From Candidatus Omnitrophota bacterium (lineage in GTDB: Bacteria > Omnitrophota > Gorgyraeia > Gygaellales > Profunditerraquicolaceae), in NCBI GenBank assembly GCA_043800555.1, contig JAZDMX010000002.1, positions 668 to 64,667 on the forward strand: DNA of 64,000 bases, given 5' to 3'. The notes beneath the pieces are model-generated. The model had not been told where the DNA came from. It was given only the letters and a program-made list of their open reading frames with translations, and ran no database searches. The position numbers were made by a program, and so were the translations under genes. How positions within the stretch are numbered: the stretch's first letter is position 1; each line of letters begins with the position of its first letter. Of this stretch, positions 19,305 through 28,122 are shown piece after piece.

Positions 19305-20534
19305 TCAGAAGCTAATCAGGAGCCTTAAGCCACAAACAACCTCAATATCAACCGTCTGGTCAGCATCGGGATTAGTAACTATTTGTATGCTCGGAGTCAA
19401 GGTGAGCGCGGGTTTTAAGCTGTAACTGTAATAGGCTTCGTAAATTGTCTCCGCCCTAGCGGCATCATTTACTTGCCGGTAATCATGGCCCATAATAGAT
19501 TGGGCGACTCCCGCGCCTAAACAATCAAATTTGCGTCCGGCAACAGGCTCGGTTATCTGGCCGCCGCAAGACCAGAAATATGCGATGTCGCTTACTTTCG
19601 GATCGGCAAAGCCGTAACGTAAAAACAAAGTTGCGCGCCCGGTTATTGCCTGGTCAAAGCTCAATCCCCAGCTTAGGCTATTCTCCTGGGTTTTATCGCT
19701 ATTGATACGGCTTGATTTCTTATGATTGATACTCAGGATAAACCGGTAATTACCTTTTAACGCGCCGAATTCAGAAGACAATCCTAATTCATTGATAAAG
19801 AAAGAACTGCTAAAAGCGTTGCTTAATCCTGTTTTTGTGGAACTTGCCTTGGCGCTAGAGGCTCCTGCCTGAAAATATACCCAATCATTAGGGGTAAAAC
19901 TCGCCATCGCCCCTATCCCCTTAGCCGGGAAAGGAAGGGCCAGATTGTTTACCAAAGCGCTGGATAGGAATTGCGTATCCGCGGAATTGGCAACATCATT
20001 ACAATCGAACCAATAGGATAAATCCAGTTTCCCCGCGGCAAGAAATACCTTCTGGCCGGCGAGCGTTTGCTCCAGATATAACACGGGTATGTAAAGATTG
20101 GCGTCATCCCCGGAATTATCATTAAAGCCGGAAAAGGTAGGCAGCAATTTATCCACGCCCTTACCCCTGTCCACTTCAAGCTCCGTAAATAACTCCGCGC
20201 CCTGCCAAAGCCTCTGCGCCGCTTCAATGTTCCAATACCAAACCCCTTGGCTCCTGCCTTTATCATTTGGGCCGTCCAATATCGCCTGCTGGGTATAATT
20301 CAGGAGGAAGGCAAACTTTGTCCCGTATTTTTCAGTTAAATTTCCCCGGTAATCGCTAAAATTATTGAACCAGTTTCTCTTAATTATTCCCTGGCTCCTG
20401 ATTTCTTCCTGCGCGGATATTTCCAGGGGCGTGGGAGCGGCGTTTGTATAGGAAGGAAACCCCAGCAGGAACATTAAGGCGAGACTCCCGTAAATGAAAA
20501 AGGGGGAGGTTTCTACTTTTAAGATATTGTCCAT
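19305..20534 (-). CDS. OprB-family carbohydrate-selective porin
   Basis: Signal peptide, alternating beta strands, YLEQ...AGKLD, QFLSSALVNN, EAYY...LTPSIQIVTNP, C-terminal Phe. Start uncertain because it lies in the repeat. Confidence 0.85.
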   Translation of the reverse strand: MDNILKVETSPFFIYGSLALMFLLGFPSYTNAAPTPLEISAQEEIRSQGIIKRNWFNNFSDYRGNLTEKYGTKFAFLLNYTQQAILDGPNDKGRSQGVWYWNIEAAQRLWQGAELFTELEVDRGKGVDKLLPTFSGFNDNSGDDANLYIPVLYLEQTLAGQKVFLAAGKLDLSYWFDCNDVANSADTQFLSSALVNNLALPFPAKGIGAMASFTPNDWVYFQAGASSAKASSTKTGLSNAFSSSFFINELGLSSEFGALKGNYRFILSINHKKSSRINSDKTQENSLSWGLSFDQAITGRATLFLRYGFADPKVSDIAYFWSCGGQITEPVAGRKFDCLGAGVAQSIMGHDYRQVNDAARAETIYEAYYSYSLKPALTLTPSIQIVTNPDADQTVDIEVVCGLRLLISF

Positions 20535-20640
20535 TCTGGTGGGAAAAAGGGGGACGTTTCTACTTTTCCGGCAGTCAGGTTTGAGAAAAGTAGAAACGTC
20601 CCCCTTTTTCCGCGGAAAAGTAGAAACGTCCCCGTTTTCG
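20497..20640. repeat. Palindromic REP-like cluster (full copy 20544-20609 plus two half copies)
   Basis: Same consensus as 19148-19213; 20501-20568 is the inverted repeat of 19189-19256. Confidence 0.9.
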
Positions 20641-20654
20641 CCATTTTCGTTACA

Positions 20655-21515
20655 TTAGAAACCCGGGACCATCTTGCCCTGGGTAAACTGCAGGAATATG
20701 GGCCCGCCGATGATGATGCCGATTACCGGCATTATAAAAAAGATAAGCGGGAGCAGTATCTTAATCGGCGCCTGTAACGCTATTCTTTCCCCCCGGTGAA
20801 ACCTTTGGGCGCGGGCGTCGTCGGAAAGTATCGTAAAAACTTCGGCAACAGGCGAACCCATCCTCTCCGCCTGGATAATAGTCTGCGCGAAAGAGCTCAT
20901 TTCAGGGATATCCAGCCTGCTTGACATATCTTTTAAAGCCTGGATGCGGGACTTACCCCATTTTATCTCTTCCAGGACAAGGCTGAATTCTTCGTTGATG
21001 GGGGTAGGCGGGGTTTTATCAATCACCCATTTTATGGCGCTGGAGAAATCCAGCCCGGCTTCGATACAAAGGCCCAATAAATCCACTGTTTCCGGAAGCC
21101 GGCGGACGATTTGATATTTGCGCTTGGAAATTTTTTGTTTCAAATAGAAATCCGGAGCTATATAACCGATCGCCATAGCAACTAAAATATACAGGGGCTC
21201 AACCTTGCCCAAGGCAGCCGGAGTAATCAAGGCTAAGCCCGCCATAGCCAGTATTTTCAAGTTAAAGAACCCTTCGGGGCTGATATTCAAATGGCTGGCT
21301 TCGGTTAATTTCTTCAGTTTAGGGTATAGCTTTATCTGCTCCAGAAACGCCCGGGTAGGCAGGATGCGCGACAATACGGCTACAGGGCTAGCGCGCTTGG
21401 CAGGCGGATTCAACCTGGGCAGGCGCCGGATCCGATTGCCCTGCTGGCTGATAACCAGGCTCCAAACAATTAGCCCCGCGGAAAGAATCAGAAAAAGATA
21501 GATAAGTATGCCCAT
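20655..21515 (-). CDS. tadC: Tad pilus inner-membrane platform protein TadC
   Basis: T2SSF-like: LPETVDLLGLCIEAGLDF, QAERMG; follows tadB. Confidence 0.9.
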   Translation of the reverse strand: MGILIYLFLILSAGLIVWSLVISQQGNRIRRLPRLNPPAKRASPVAVLSRILPTRAFLEQIKLYPKLKKLTEASHLNISPEGFFNLKILAMAGLALITPAALGKVEPLYILVAMAIGYIAPDFYLKQKISKRKYQIVRRLPETVDLLGLCIEAGLDFSSAIKWVIDKTPPTPINEEFSLVLEEIKWGKSRIQALKDMSSRLDIPEMSSFAQTIIQAERMGSPVAEVFTILSDDARAQRFHRGERIALQAPIKILLPLIFFIMPVIGIIIGGPIFLQFTQGKMVPGF

Positions 21516-21516
21516 A

Positions 21517-22362
21517 TTAAATAGTTATTGCGCTGAATTTACGGATTAAAAACATCCCGATAACCTGCAATAATACCGCTAAAACCAAAAGCATCCTGCC
21601 TATGTCGCTGCCAAGCATTATATCAAAATGATGCCTGTTCACCGAAACCACCCAAAGCACAAACAAAATCGGCAAAAATGACATAATCGCCCCCTGCATC
21701 CTCCCTTGAAGAGTCAGGGTTTTAACGCTCTCTTTAAGCTTGCGGTTATCCCTGATAGTGGTGGTCAGGCGGCTAAAAACTTTTGTCAGCTCGCCACCTG
21801 TTTCCCGTGACACTAACAGAGCGTTAACAACCAGGCTCAACTCCTCGATATTCATCCTTTGGTTCAACCTTACGAGGCTATCCTCAAAAGGTATGCCCAT
21901 TTTGTTCTCTTTAAGCAGCAGGCTCAACTCCTGGCTCATCGGAGGCGGCATCTCCTCCACTAAAACCTCAAACCCCTGCAACAGGCTTAAGCCGCCCTTT
22001 AAACAACTGGAAAGCATGCTGATGGCGTCTAGGAGCTGGGCATTAAATTTTTGTTTATTCCGGGCCAGGCGCATTTTAAGGATAAAATTAGGTATGACCA
22101 AGCCTACTGCCCCGGCGATTATCGCGGGGATTAAAGATTGGGAAAGAAAATAACCCGTTATGCTAAAAACTACCGGCAGGATGAAATAAAGCCGGGCAAT
22201 TGCCTGCGGGCTTTTATCATAAAACACCTGGTCCATCTGTTTTATGACCTTAGCTTCTTTTGCCGCATGCCAGGATTCTACCCGCTTCAAAAATACCGGG
22301 AAAATGCTTATGGCGATTAAAACCACCGAACCCATTATCAACAAACTGAATAATATTATCAT
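21517..22362 (-). CDS. tadB: Tad pilus inner-membrane platform protein TadB
   Basis: FNAQLLDAISMLSSCLKGGLSL, ETGGEL, TLQGRMQG. Start reassigned to MIILFSLL (22362). Confidence 0.9.
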   Translation of the reverse strand: MIILFSLLIMGSVVLIAISIFPVFLKRVESWHAAKEAKVIKQMDQVFYDKSPQAIARLYFILPVVFSITGYFLSQSLIPAIIAGAVGLVIPNFILKMRLARNKQKFNAQLLDAISMLSSCLKGGLSLLQGFEVLVEEMPPPMSQELSLLLKENKMGIPFEDSLVRLNQRMNIEELSLVVNALLVSRETGGELTKVFSRLTTTIRDNRKLKESVKTLTLQGRMQGAIMSFLPILFVLWVVSVNRHHFDIMLGSDIGRMLLVLAVLLQVIGMFLIRKFSAITI

Positions 22363-22381
22363 GTTTTCTTCGCGTTTTGGC

Positions 22382-22564
22382 TTACGGTGAAACAGGGGTA
22401 TATTGCTCTCCTGAACCAATAGCATCCCCTGCCTGCTTAAGCCTCTCCTGCAAACCCCTTTTGTAATAAGCGCCCATAGCGATAAATACGGCGGCAAGCA
22501 AAGTTACCACCGCTATATATTCTATAACAGTTTGGGCTTTATTGGTTATTTTTTTTGTTGCCAT
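22382..22564 (-). CDS. Flp/TadE-like pilin
   Basis: KA|QTVIEY followed by a hydrophobic helix, then YYKRGLQ. Confidence 0.85.
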   Translation of the reverse strand: MATKKITNKAQTVIEYIAVVTLLAAVFIAMGAYYKRGLQERLKQAGDAIGSGEQYTPVSP

Positions 22565-23363
22565 TATAGGTAACCAAAATAGTGGTCTTACTGGAAAATT
22601 GATCCAACGCTTGCCCTTCCAAAGCCAACTTCTTGACCATGGCCTCGCTCATCCCGAATACGCCCTGGTATAGCCTTATTATGCAAATTTCTCCGTTTGT
22701 TTTGCGGAATGTCAAGCTGGCCTTGCTGGATGCAACCTTGATTTCTTCGCCGGCTATCTTTTTTGCCAGGGCCTTGCGGCATTCAGGGCAATCGGCAGTA
22801 TTTGCCGTTACCGGATCCTCGCCGGACAAACTCCAGCCATAGTTAAGCATGGCGGACTTGAAAAAGAAAATCACATCATCAATACTCTTAGTTGTCTCGT
22901 AAGCAGCCGAAGCCCCTGTCGGCCGATCCAAAAGGAAATCCTGTTTAGCCCCGGGGTAAACCGGCATAAAACCCAATTTATCCGGCGTCTCCTTACCGGA
23001 AGCCAGTATATCCTCTTTGGTAGGTATTTTAGTAGTGGTAACGCTAAAGCGCGTTTTGTTATCCCGGCGGCGTATCCGCGGGTTAACCGCGACAATAACC
23101 ATATACCCGTCTTTTAAATATACCCCGCTAGACTGTTCAGCCCAGCCTTCACGAAGCAATTTTTTCTTATACATCGCAATGATATCGTTTCCGGAAAGAG
23201 CTGTCATATAAACCTGGATACGGGTCCGAGTCAAACCCGCGTCTACGTCCTTATCCATGGTCTTAACAGCGTCGGAAGGCAAGGGAAGGACTAATTCTTC
23301 GGCTTGCAGCAAATTAAAATACCCGCATATAAAAAATAAAAGCGCGCAGATAATTATCCTCAT
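22539..23363 (-). CDS. Secreted hypothetical protein with two similar alpha/beta modules, in the tad operon
   Basis: Signal peptide MRIIICALL...LQA; repeated YKKKLLREGW / FKSAMLNYGW pattern. Confidence 0.7.
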   Translation of the reverse strand: MRIIICALLFFICGYFNLLQAEELVLPLPSDAVKTMDKDVDAGLTRTRIQVYMTALSGNDIIAMYKKKLLREGWAEQSSGVYLKDGYMVIVAVNPRIRRRDNKTRFSVTTTKIPTKEDILASGKETPDKLGFMPVYPGAKQDFLLDRPTGASAAYETTKSIDDVIFFFKSAMLNYGWSLSGEDPVTANTADCPECRKALAKKIAGEEIKVASSKASLTFRKTNGEICIIRLYQGVFGMSEAMVKKLALEGQALDQFSSKTTILVTYNGNKKNNQ

Positions 23364-23405
23364 CTCATCTCCTTTTCCAAACAAACGGCTGCTTTTTTGT
23401 TTTCC

Positions 23406-24962
23406 CTATCGTGTCCCCGTTATCCTGGAGTCATAGGTATATTCGAAATTCCCCACGTCTCCGCCGTCAAAGCTGGCCTCGCTGCTGCTGGTTATCTCCG
23501 GATAACTCGTAGCTATAATCCCGGAGCTGGCCCCGGGGTGCTTCTGGGTTGTCGTACATATAGTATGCCAATACGGGAATATTACGTCGGCTATCCTGAC
23601 AATCATCATGTCGCTAACGGCCTGGCAAGGAACACAGGAGGCAAGTTCTCCGCTTATGTCGTTACGGCAAGGCTTGCAATCCAGGCAATTATATACGGAC
23701 TCACTGCCATCAGGCCCCCAATCATCATATACTTCACGATTATTCTCTTGCACCAGCACTATCGAATTTATCCCTCCGGCTGATACAATAGCCGACAGAA
23801 TCGCGGCAATAGAACTGGAAATTAACATTTCCGTTGTTCTCATGGCTACGATTGCCGCGCATAACGCGACAGCGGCGATACATACCAGGCAGTCGTAAGA
23901 CTTGCAATTCTCGCATATGGTGGTCAGGACCGCTGTAACAGCGCTCAAGGCAAAAATTATCGTAAGCGTCGCGCCTTGCGCCCCCAATGTAGTAGCTGCG
24001 CTGCTTAAGGCTTGGGAAATGCCTGGCGCTGCGCCGATATTATAATCCAGTAAACTGCCAATCTCTGAATAGCTGCCTACGGTATGCTGGACTTCATAAG
24101 AAGTTATTTTTGGCAAGTCTAAAGTAGCGCTAACCGTATGCTCCTGGCTGGGCCGGGGATTAAGAGGCTCACTGGAAGGTTTGTCCTGCCAACTGTAAAC
24201 CCCCTCCTTGGCCGGCCGGGAGAGTATCCAGTCGTCAGTCCCGCCGCTATCAGTGGTAAACGACGACATCCAAAGGCTAAACGCGTCATTCTGCTCATTA
24301 GAAAGCTTGGAAGGTATGCAGCTATTTGAAAAGGCGTAAGTAAAGCCGGCGTTATACGAGCTTTCATAAGCGCTATCCATAGATACTACGCTCTCGCAAA
24401 AAGCTTCCCATTGAGCGTCGTGGAATGAATCTGTTATTGACCGCATTGTCTTAGCGTTCTGTAGGTAAGCTTCGACTTCAACATAAGCCTCTTCAAGCGT
24501 GATAGAGGCAGCCAAAGCTAAACCCACGGCAACTAAAAAAGAGGCCCAGACAACCTCGCAAGACTCGCTGGAACTCGAAGTAGCTAAAAGAGTGGCCAGC
24601 GCGGTTGCCGATAGGCTACCGGCTACCGCAAGCGTTACTGCGGTGCTTAAATGCTGGTCTGATTCCTGATAAGTAGTCTCGAATTCACCGTCATAGGTAA
24701 TATCAAAATTATCCTCCAGGTTTGCGTTCGCCTGCGCGAGGTTATTTAAGCCTGTGGCATAAACCGAAGCTGCCGCAAGCGCTCCGGCGTCAGCGGCATT
24801 GGCAGAGCAGGTTTTGTCCAAAGAAACCCTGCCGATATTAATTGTGGCGATCGCGGCAATCAACAGGATAACCAGCACCACCAGCAAAAGAGGGGTGATT
24901 TGGCCGGCTAAATTATCCTTTTTGCCAAACTGCTTGTTCTGGCTGAACCAGGAAAAAAACAC
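23406..24962 (-). CDS. tadG: TadG-like Cys-rich minor pilin / tip protein
   Basis: AG|QITPLLLVVLVILLIAAIATINIGR...NAADAGALAAA (Tad N-terminal motif). Confidence 0.8.
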   Translation of the reverse strand: MFFSWFSQNKQFGKKDNLAGQITPLLLVVLVILLIAAIATINIGRVSLDKTCSANAADAGALAAASVYATGLNNLAQANANLEDNFDITYDGEFETTYQESDQHLSTAVTLAVAGSLSATALATLLATSSSSESCEVVWASFLVAVGLALAASITLEEAYVEVEAYLQNAKTMRSITDSFHDAQWEAFCESVVSMDSAYESSYNAGFTYAFSNSCIPSKLSNEQNDAFSLWMSSFTTDSGGTDDWILSRPAKEGVYSWQDKPSSEPLNPRPSQEHTVSATLDLPKITSYEVQHTVGSYSEIGSLLDYNIGAAPGISQALSSAATTLGAQGATLTIIFALSAVTAVLTTICENCKSYDCLVCIAAVALCAAIVAMRTTEMLISSSIAAILSAIVSAGGINSIVLVQENNREVYDDWGPDGSESVYNCLDCKPCRNDISGELASCVPCQAVSDMMIVRIADVIFPYWHTICTTTQKHPGASSGIIATSYPEITSSSEASFDGGDVGNFEYTYDSRITGTR

Positions 24963-24972
24963 GTCCGCTCCC

Positions 24973-25266
24973 TTATTTCAATAAATAGACTTCGTTTTCC
25001 TGCATCTCCTCGGCCTCGTATGTAGCCGGGGGTTCTTGCCCGGAAGAAATTTGGCCTGCTGCCTGGCGGGTATCGTTATAGCTTATCTGGCGCTTAATGA
25101 TGTTATCGCTGGACCACTTCCACAAGCTAATCAAGCCCGCCAGTAAAGCAGTCGTGGCAACAAAAATAAGCGTGAACTCCAGGGTTACCTGGCCCAGGGA
25201 GGCCACCAACCAAGGTTTCTTATTGTAAGGGGCGCTTTTCAATAACGCCTGATGCGGCCCTGTCAT
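24973..25266 (-). CDS. TadE-like pseudopilin
   Basis: G|QVTLEF followed by a TM helix. Confidence 0.8.
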   Translation of the reverse strand: MTGPHQALLKSAPYNKKPWLVASLGQVTLEFTLIFVATTALLAGLISLWKWSSDNIIKRQISYNDTRQAAGQISSGQEPPATYEAEEMQENEVYLLK

Positions 25267-25922
25267 TGCATACTCCGGGATCTCTGCAAGCTTGTCTGAT
25301 CGGGGTAATATTTGCCGTCCGAACCCAAATATTGGTTAAACTGCTGGTAAACAACCTGGTTCGTTGCGTTGTCAAAACCAAGAGCGACATTCGCCTGTAA
25401 AGTATCCGCGGCATTAAGGGTTTTCGTCGTAAGGATGTTCCCGGAACCTTCGTTTTTCACAAGGACCCGGTTTGCGTCTATGGTATCCTGGAAACTGCTT
25501 GCATTAGTTTCTACTTCGCCTTCGGCTGGCTGATTTGCATCTTCACGCTGGGTTACGTCAATGGCGCCGGCTTCATTAAGCTGGTATTTATTTACCCCTT
25601 TTTTCTCCACATAATAGCCGTACTTATCCAGCTCCTCGCCTGTGGACCATAAGACATTAGAGCTGCTGCTAAAAGACTGCATTTGCCCTAGTTCCATCGG
25701 ATTGGATATGTTGGGCATACGCCGGAAAACAACCCTGGTATAGCTGGCCGAATCATTGGCTTGCCTGGCTGTTTTCAGCGCCGCCCTGAAGGTTTGCATA
25801 ATGTAAGACTGTTGACGGTTAAGTTTTTCGCTATAATTGATCAGGAAGGAAAATGCCACAATAATCAACATCCCCAAAATAGCAAATTCCGTGGCTGCTT
25901 GCGCCCTTGTGCCGGTTGACAT
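25263..25922 (-). CDS. TadE-like minor pilin with extended C-terminus
   Basis: RA|QAATEF followed by a TM helix. Confidence 0.8.
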   Translation of the reverse strand: MSTGTRAQAATEFAILGMLIIVAFSFLINYSEKLNRQQSYIMQTFRAALKTARQANDSASYTRVVFRRMPNISNPMELGQMQSFSSSSNVLWSTGEELDKYGYYVEKKGVNKYQLNEAGAIDVTQREDANQPAEGEVETNASSFQDTIDANRVLVKNEGSGNILTTKTLNAADTLQANVALGFDNATNQVVYQQFNQYLGSDGKYYPDQTSLQRSRSMQ

Positions 25923-25937
25923 CGCTTAATCACCCCA

Positions 25938-26282
25938 CTAATTAGCGGCGCCGGAATCTTCTGCCCTTGAACTGTAATGAGTAACCGCGCTCTCGTTAGC
26001 CTGTGATGTTTTCTCCCCGCCGCTTGTTTCCGTTAAGGTTGTTGCCGAACTGGCGACATAATCCGAGCTGGATTCGTTAATCTCCAGGCCCGAAGTATCC
26101 TGCTGGTAAGCCTTATGTTCCCGGCCTATCCAGTTGTCGGCCATATCCTTGATTTTTCCGCTTATCCCGCGTTTGAAATAAATCTCCATCCCAATCAACG
26201 CCAAGCTCACCACTCCGAGAAGAAGCACGATTTCGGTTAGATTCTGCCCTTTTCTTAATAGCTCCCGCTTCATCCGCTCCAT
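25938..26282 (-). CDS. Flp/TadE-like pilin
   Basis: RKG|QNLTEI, TM helix, YFKRG. Confidence 0.8.
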   Translation of the reverse strand: MERMKRELLRKGQNLTEIVLLLGVVSLALIGMEIYFKRGISGKIKDMADNWIGREHKAYQQDTSGLEINESSSDYVASSATTLTETSGGEKTSQANESAVTHYSSRAEDSGAAN

Positions 26283-26839
26283 CCATCATTTGAAGTAACG
26301 CCTAAGCTTTCGCTTGCCTGCCGGTCAAGCTGTTGGGCTCCGGTTTCAGTATTAGAGCTGCTAGAAGTTGTCCTATCGGTTGTTTTCTCTTCTAACTGCC
26401 ATTCCCTTATGGCGATATTCAATTCTTTCTGCTTCTCGTTAAGAAGGTCCTTTTGGATGCCTAAGGCGGTATTAAGCCCCTCCCATACAGAGCTGTGTTC
26501 CACAGAATTATGCATCTTGACTGCTAAAACGTTAATTTCATCCTGCAAAGCTTTTGTTTGCGCCTTAAGCGCGAGTATAGCGCTGGAATAACGATGGGAA
26601 TTGCCGTAAGTTATCGTGCTTACGGAGCTTGAATTTATTTCCGATTCCAAGCCTTTATTTTCCCTGCTGGAGGCGCTGGTATTTCCCGGAGAATAGCCTC
26701 CTGCGCCAAGCTGATCAGCCTGGCTGCGCAAGTTTCCCTGGAACCCGCGTTTAATATAAACCGTCATGGCAATAATAGCAGCCGCCACTATTGCCAGCAA
26801 ATATACGTATTCTAGCGTGCTTTGGCCCTTACGCAACAC
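26270..26839 (-). CDS. Flp/TadE-like pilin with coiled-coil insert
   Basis: RKG|QSTLEY, TM helix, YIKRGFQG. Confidence 0.85.
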   Translation of the reverse strand: MLRKGQSTLEYVYLLAIVAAAIIAMTVYIKRGFQGNLRSQADQLGAGGYSPGNTSASSRENKGLESEINSSSVSTITYGNSHRYSSAILALKAQTKALQDEINVLAVKMHNSVEHSSVWEGLNTALGIQKDLLNEKQKELNIAIREWQLEEKTTDRTTSSSSNTETGAQQLDRQASESLGVTSNDGWSG

Positions 26840-26846
26840 CGGTTAA

Positions 26847-27161
26847 CTAACTGCCCCAGTATTCTTTGCTTTGTTCGGCTACGGCTTCGTTGCCGGTTTT
26901 TTGCTGTTGATTCTGGTTAATAGTAGTTGTTGTAACCCCGGCGTCAACGTTCTCCGACTGCCCTATATTGGTCGTAGTGGTATAGCTTGAAGTAGTATAC
27001 CCCGGAGAATACTGCTGGCCGACCTGATCCGTAGATTCTTTCAACCTCCCTTGGACTCCGCGCTTCATATACACGCCCATAGCGATAAGGGCTGCTACTA
27101 CGAACGAAATCAAGATAACGTATTCTAACGTGCTTTGTCCCCGTGACTTACGCTTAAGCAT
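26847..27161 (-). CDS. Flp/TadE-like pilin
   Basis: RG|QSTLEY, TM helix, YMKRGVQG; GGAGG RBS. Confidence 0.88.
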   Translation of the reverse strand: MLKRKSRGQSTLEYVILISFVVAALIAMGVYMKRGVQGRLKESTDQVGQQYSPGYTTSSYTTTTNIGQSENVDAGVTTTTINQNQQQKTGNEAVAEQSKEYWGS

Positions 27162-27187
27162 CTCTTCACCTCCTTAAAAAATACGCC

Positions 27188-27526
27188 CTAAGGATTACTC
27201 TGGTTAACCGCAGCCTTAACCGTTTGAGTCCCTGTCCTGGATGCGGCAGTATTAACGGTCCTGGCAACCCCTCCGCCTGTAGCTGTATCTTCTGTATCAG
27301 TAGCGGATTGGGTAGAGCTCATGGCTGACTGCGTGTAATATGGCTCATACTGCGCGGTTGTGCCGGTAACATTATCTCCGGAATCCTTATAATCCACCGC
27401 GTCCTTGATTTTTCCCTGCAGCCCGCGTTTAACATAGACTTGCATAGCCACTACCGCGGCAACAACCAAACCTATAACTATGGCGTATTCCGCGGTGCTC
27501 TGGCCCTTTCTTGTCAGCTTAAACAT
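27188..27526 (-). CDS. Flp/TadE-like pilin
   Basis: RKG|QSTAEY, TM helix, YVKRGLQG; AAGGAGG RBS. Confidence 0.88.
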   Translation of the reverse strand: MFKLTRKGQSTAEYAIVIGLVVAAVVAMQVYVKRGLQGKIKDAVDYKDSGDNVTGTTAQYEPYYTQSAMSSTQSATDTEDTATGGGVARTVNTAASRTGTQTVKAAVNQSNP

Positions 27527-27571
27527 ATCTTACCTCCTTTTATTGTCCGCCCGGGCAAACCCGGTTTCATC

Positions 27572-27760
27572 TTACGGCGTAGTTGTGCCGCCGAAACTAA
27601 CCGACTCTATCTTATCATGCATCTTGGTAGTAAGAGTATCGTAAGAACTCTGTAGTTTTGGTTTAAGAAGCGTGCTGGCGACATAAATTATCGCCCCGAC
27701 CACCGCAGCCAAAATAATAACGTACTCCAGCGTGCTTTGAGCCCTGCTAAACTTTTTCAT
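27572..27760 (-). CDS. Flp family (type IVb/c) pilin
   Basis: RA|QSTLEY, TM helix; 62 aa; GGAGG RBS. Confidence 0.88.
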   Translation of the reverse strand: MKKFSRAQSTLEYVIILAAVVGAIIYVASTLLKPKLQSSYDTLTTKMHDKIESVSFGGTTTP

Positions 27761-27779
27761 CTTTTCACCTCCCTATTGA

Positions 27780-27941
27780 TTATTCCTTCCGGTAATAATT
27801 CAATTCGTCCTGCGCCTGTATAAGGCGGGCGTTCATCGAACGCATTATATACGTAGTCATCGCCATCAACGCGGCAGCGACGATAATTATCAACATGGTA
27901 TACTCCACGACACTCTGGGCTTTTTGTTTGGCTGTTTTCAT
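27780..27941 (-). CDS. Flp family pilin, 53 aa (not in ORF track)
   Basis: MKTAKQKA|QSVVEYTMLIIIVAAALMAMTTYIMRSMNARLIQAQDELNYYRKE*. Confidence 0.85.
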   Translation of the reverse strand: MKTAKQKAQSVVEYTMLIIIVAAALMAMTTYIMRSMNARLIQAQDELNYYRKE

Positions 27942-28081
27942 TCCATTCTTGCCTTGGCATTGGCAACGTAATCCTCAAAGATCTTTGGGATCTTCTCCAT
28001 AAAAATCACGGAGAGGCTCACGATAATCGCAAAAATAACCACATACTCTATTACGCTCTGGCCCTTCTTCGCTAAAATCAT
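27938..28081 (-). CDS. Flp family pilin, 47 aa (not in ORF track)
   Basis: MILAKKG|QSVIEYVVIFAIIVSLSVIFMEKIPKIFEDYVANAKARME*; ATGA overlap with the next pilin. Confidence 0.85.
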   Translation of the reverse strand: MILAKKGQSVIEYVVIFAIIVSLSVIFMEKIPKIFEDYVANAKARME

Positions 28082-28088
28082 CGCTTAA

Positions 28089-28117
28089 AATATAACACTT
28101 TGCCGCGCGCTAGTCAA
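28089..28117 (-). promoter_or_regulatory. sigma70 promoter of the pilin array
   Basis: TTGACT-N17-TATATT with TGn, 7 nt before ATG 28081. Confidence 0.6.
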
Positions 28118-28122
28118 GCTTA

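Noticed and set aside
22770-22800. CPECRK as a c-type heme motif
   Set aside because: It is CxxCR, not CxxCH.
27757-27978. 73-aa ORF from the track
   Set aside because: Wrong frame; two real pilin genes (27780-27941, 27938-28081) occupy this space.
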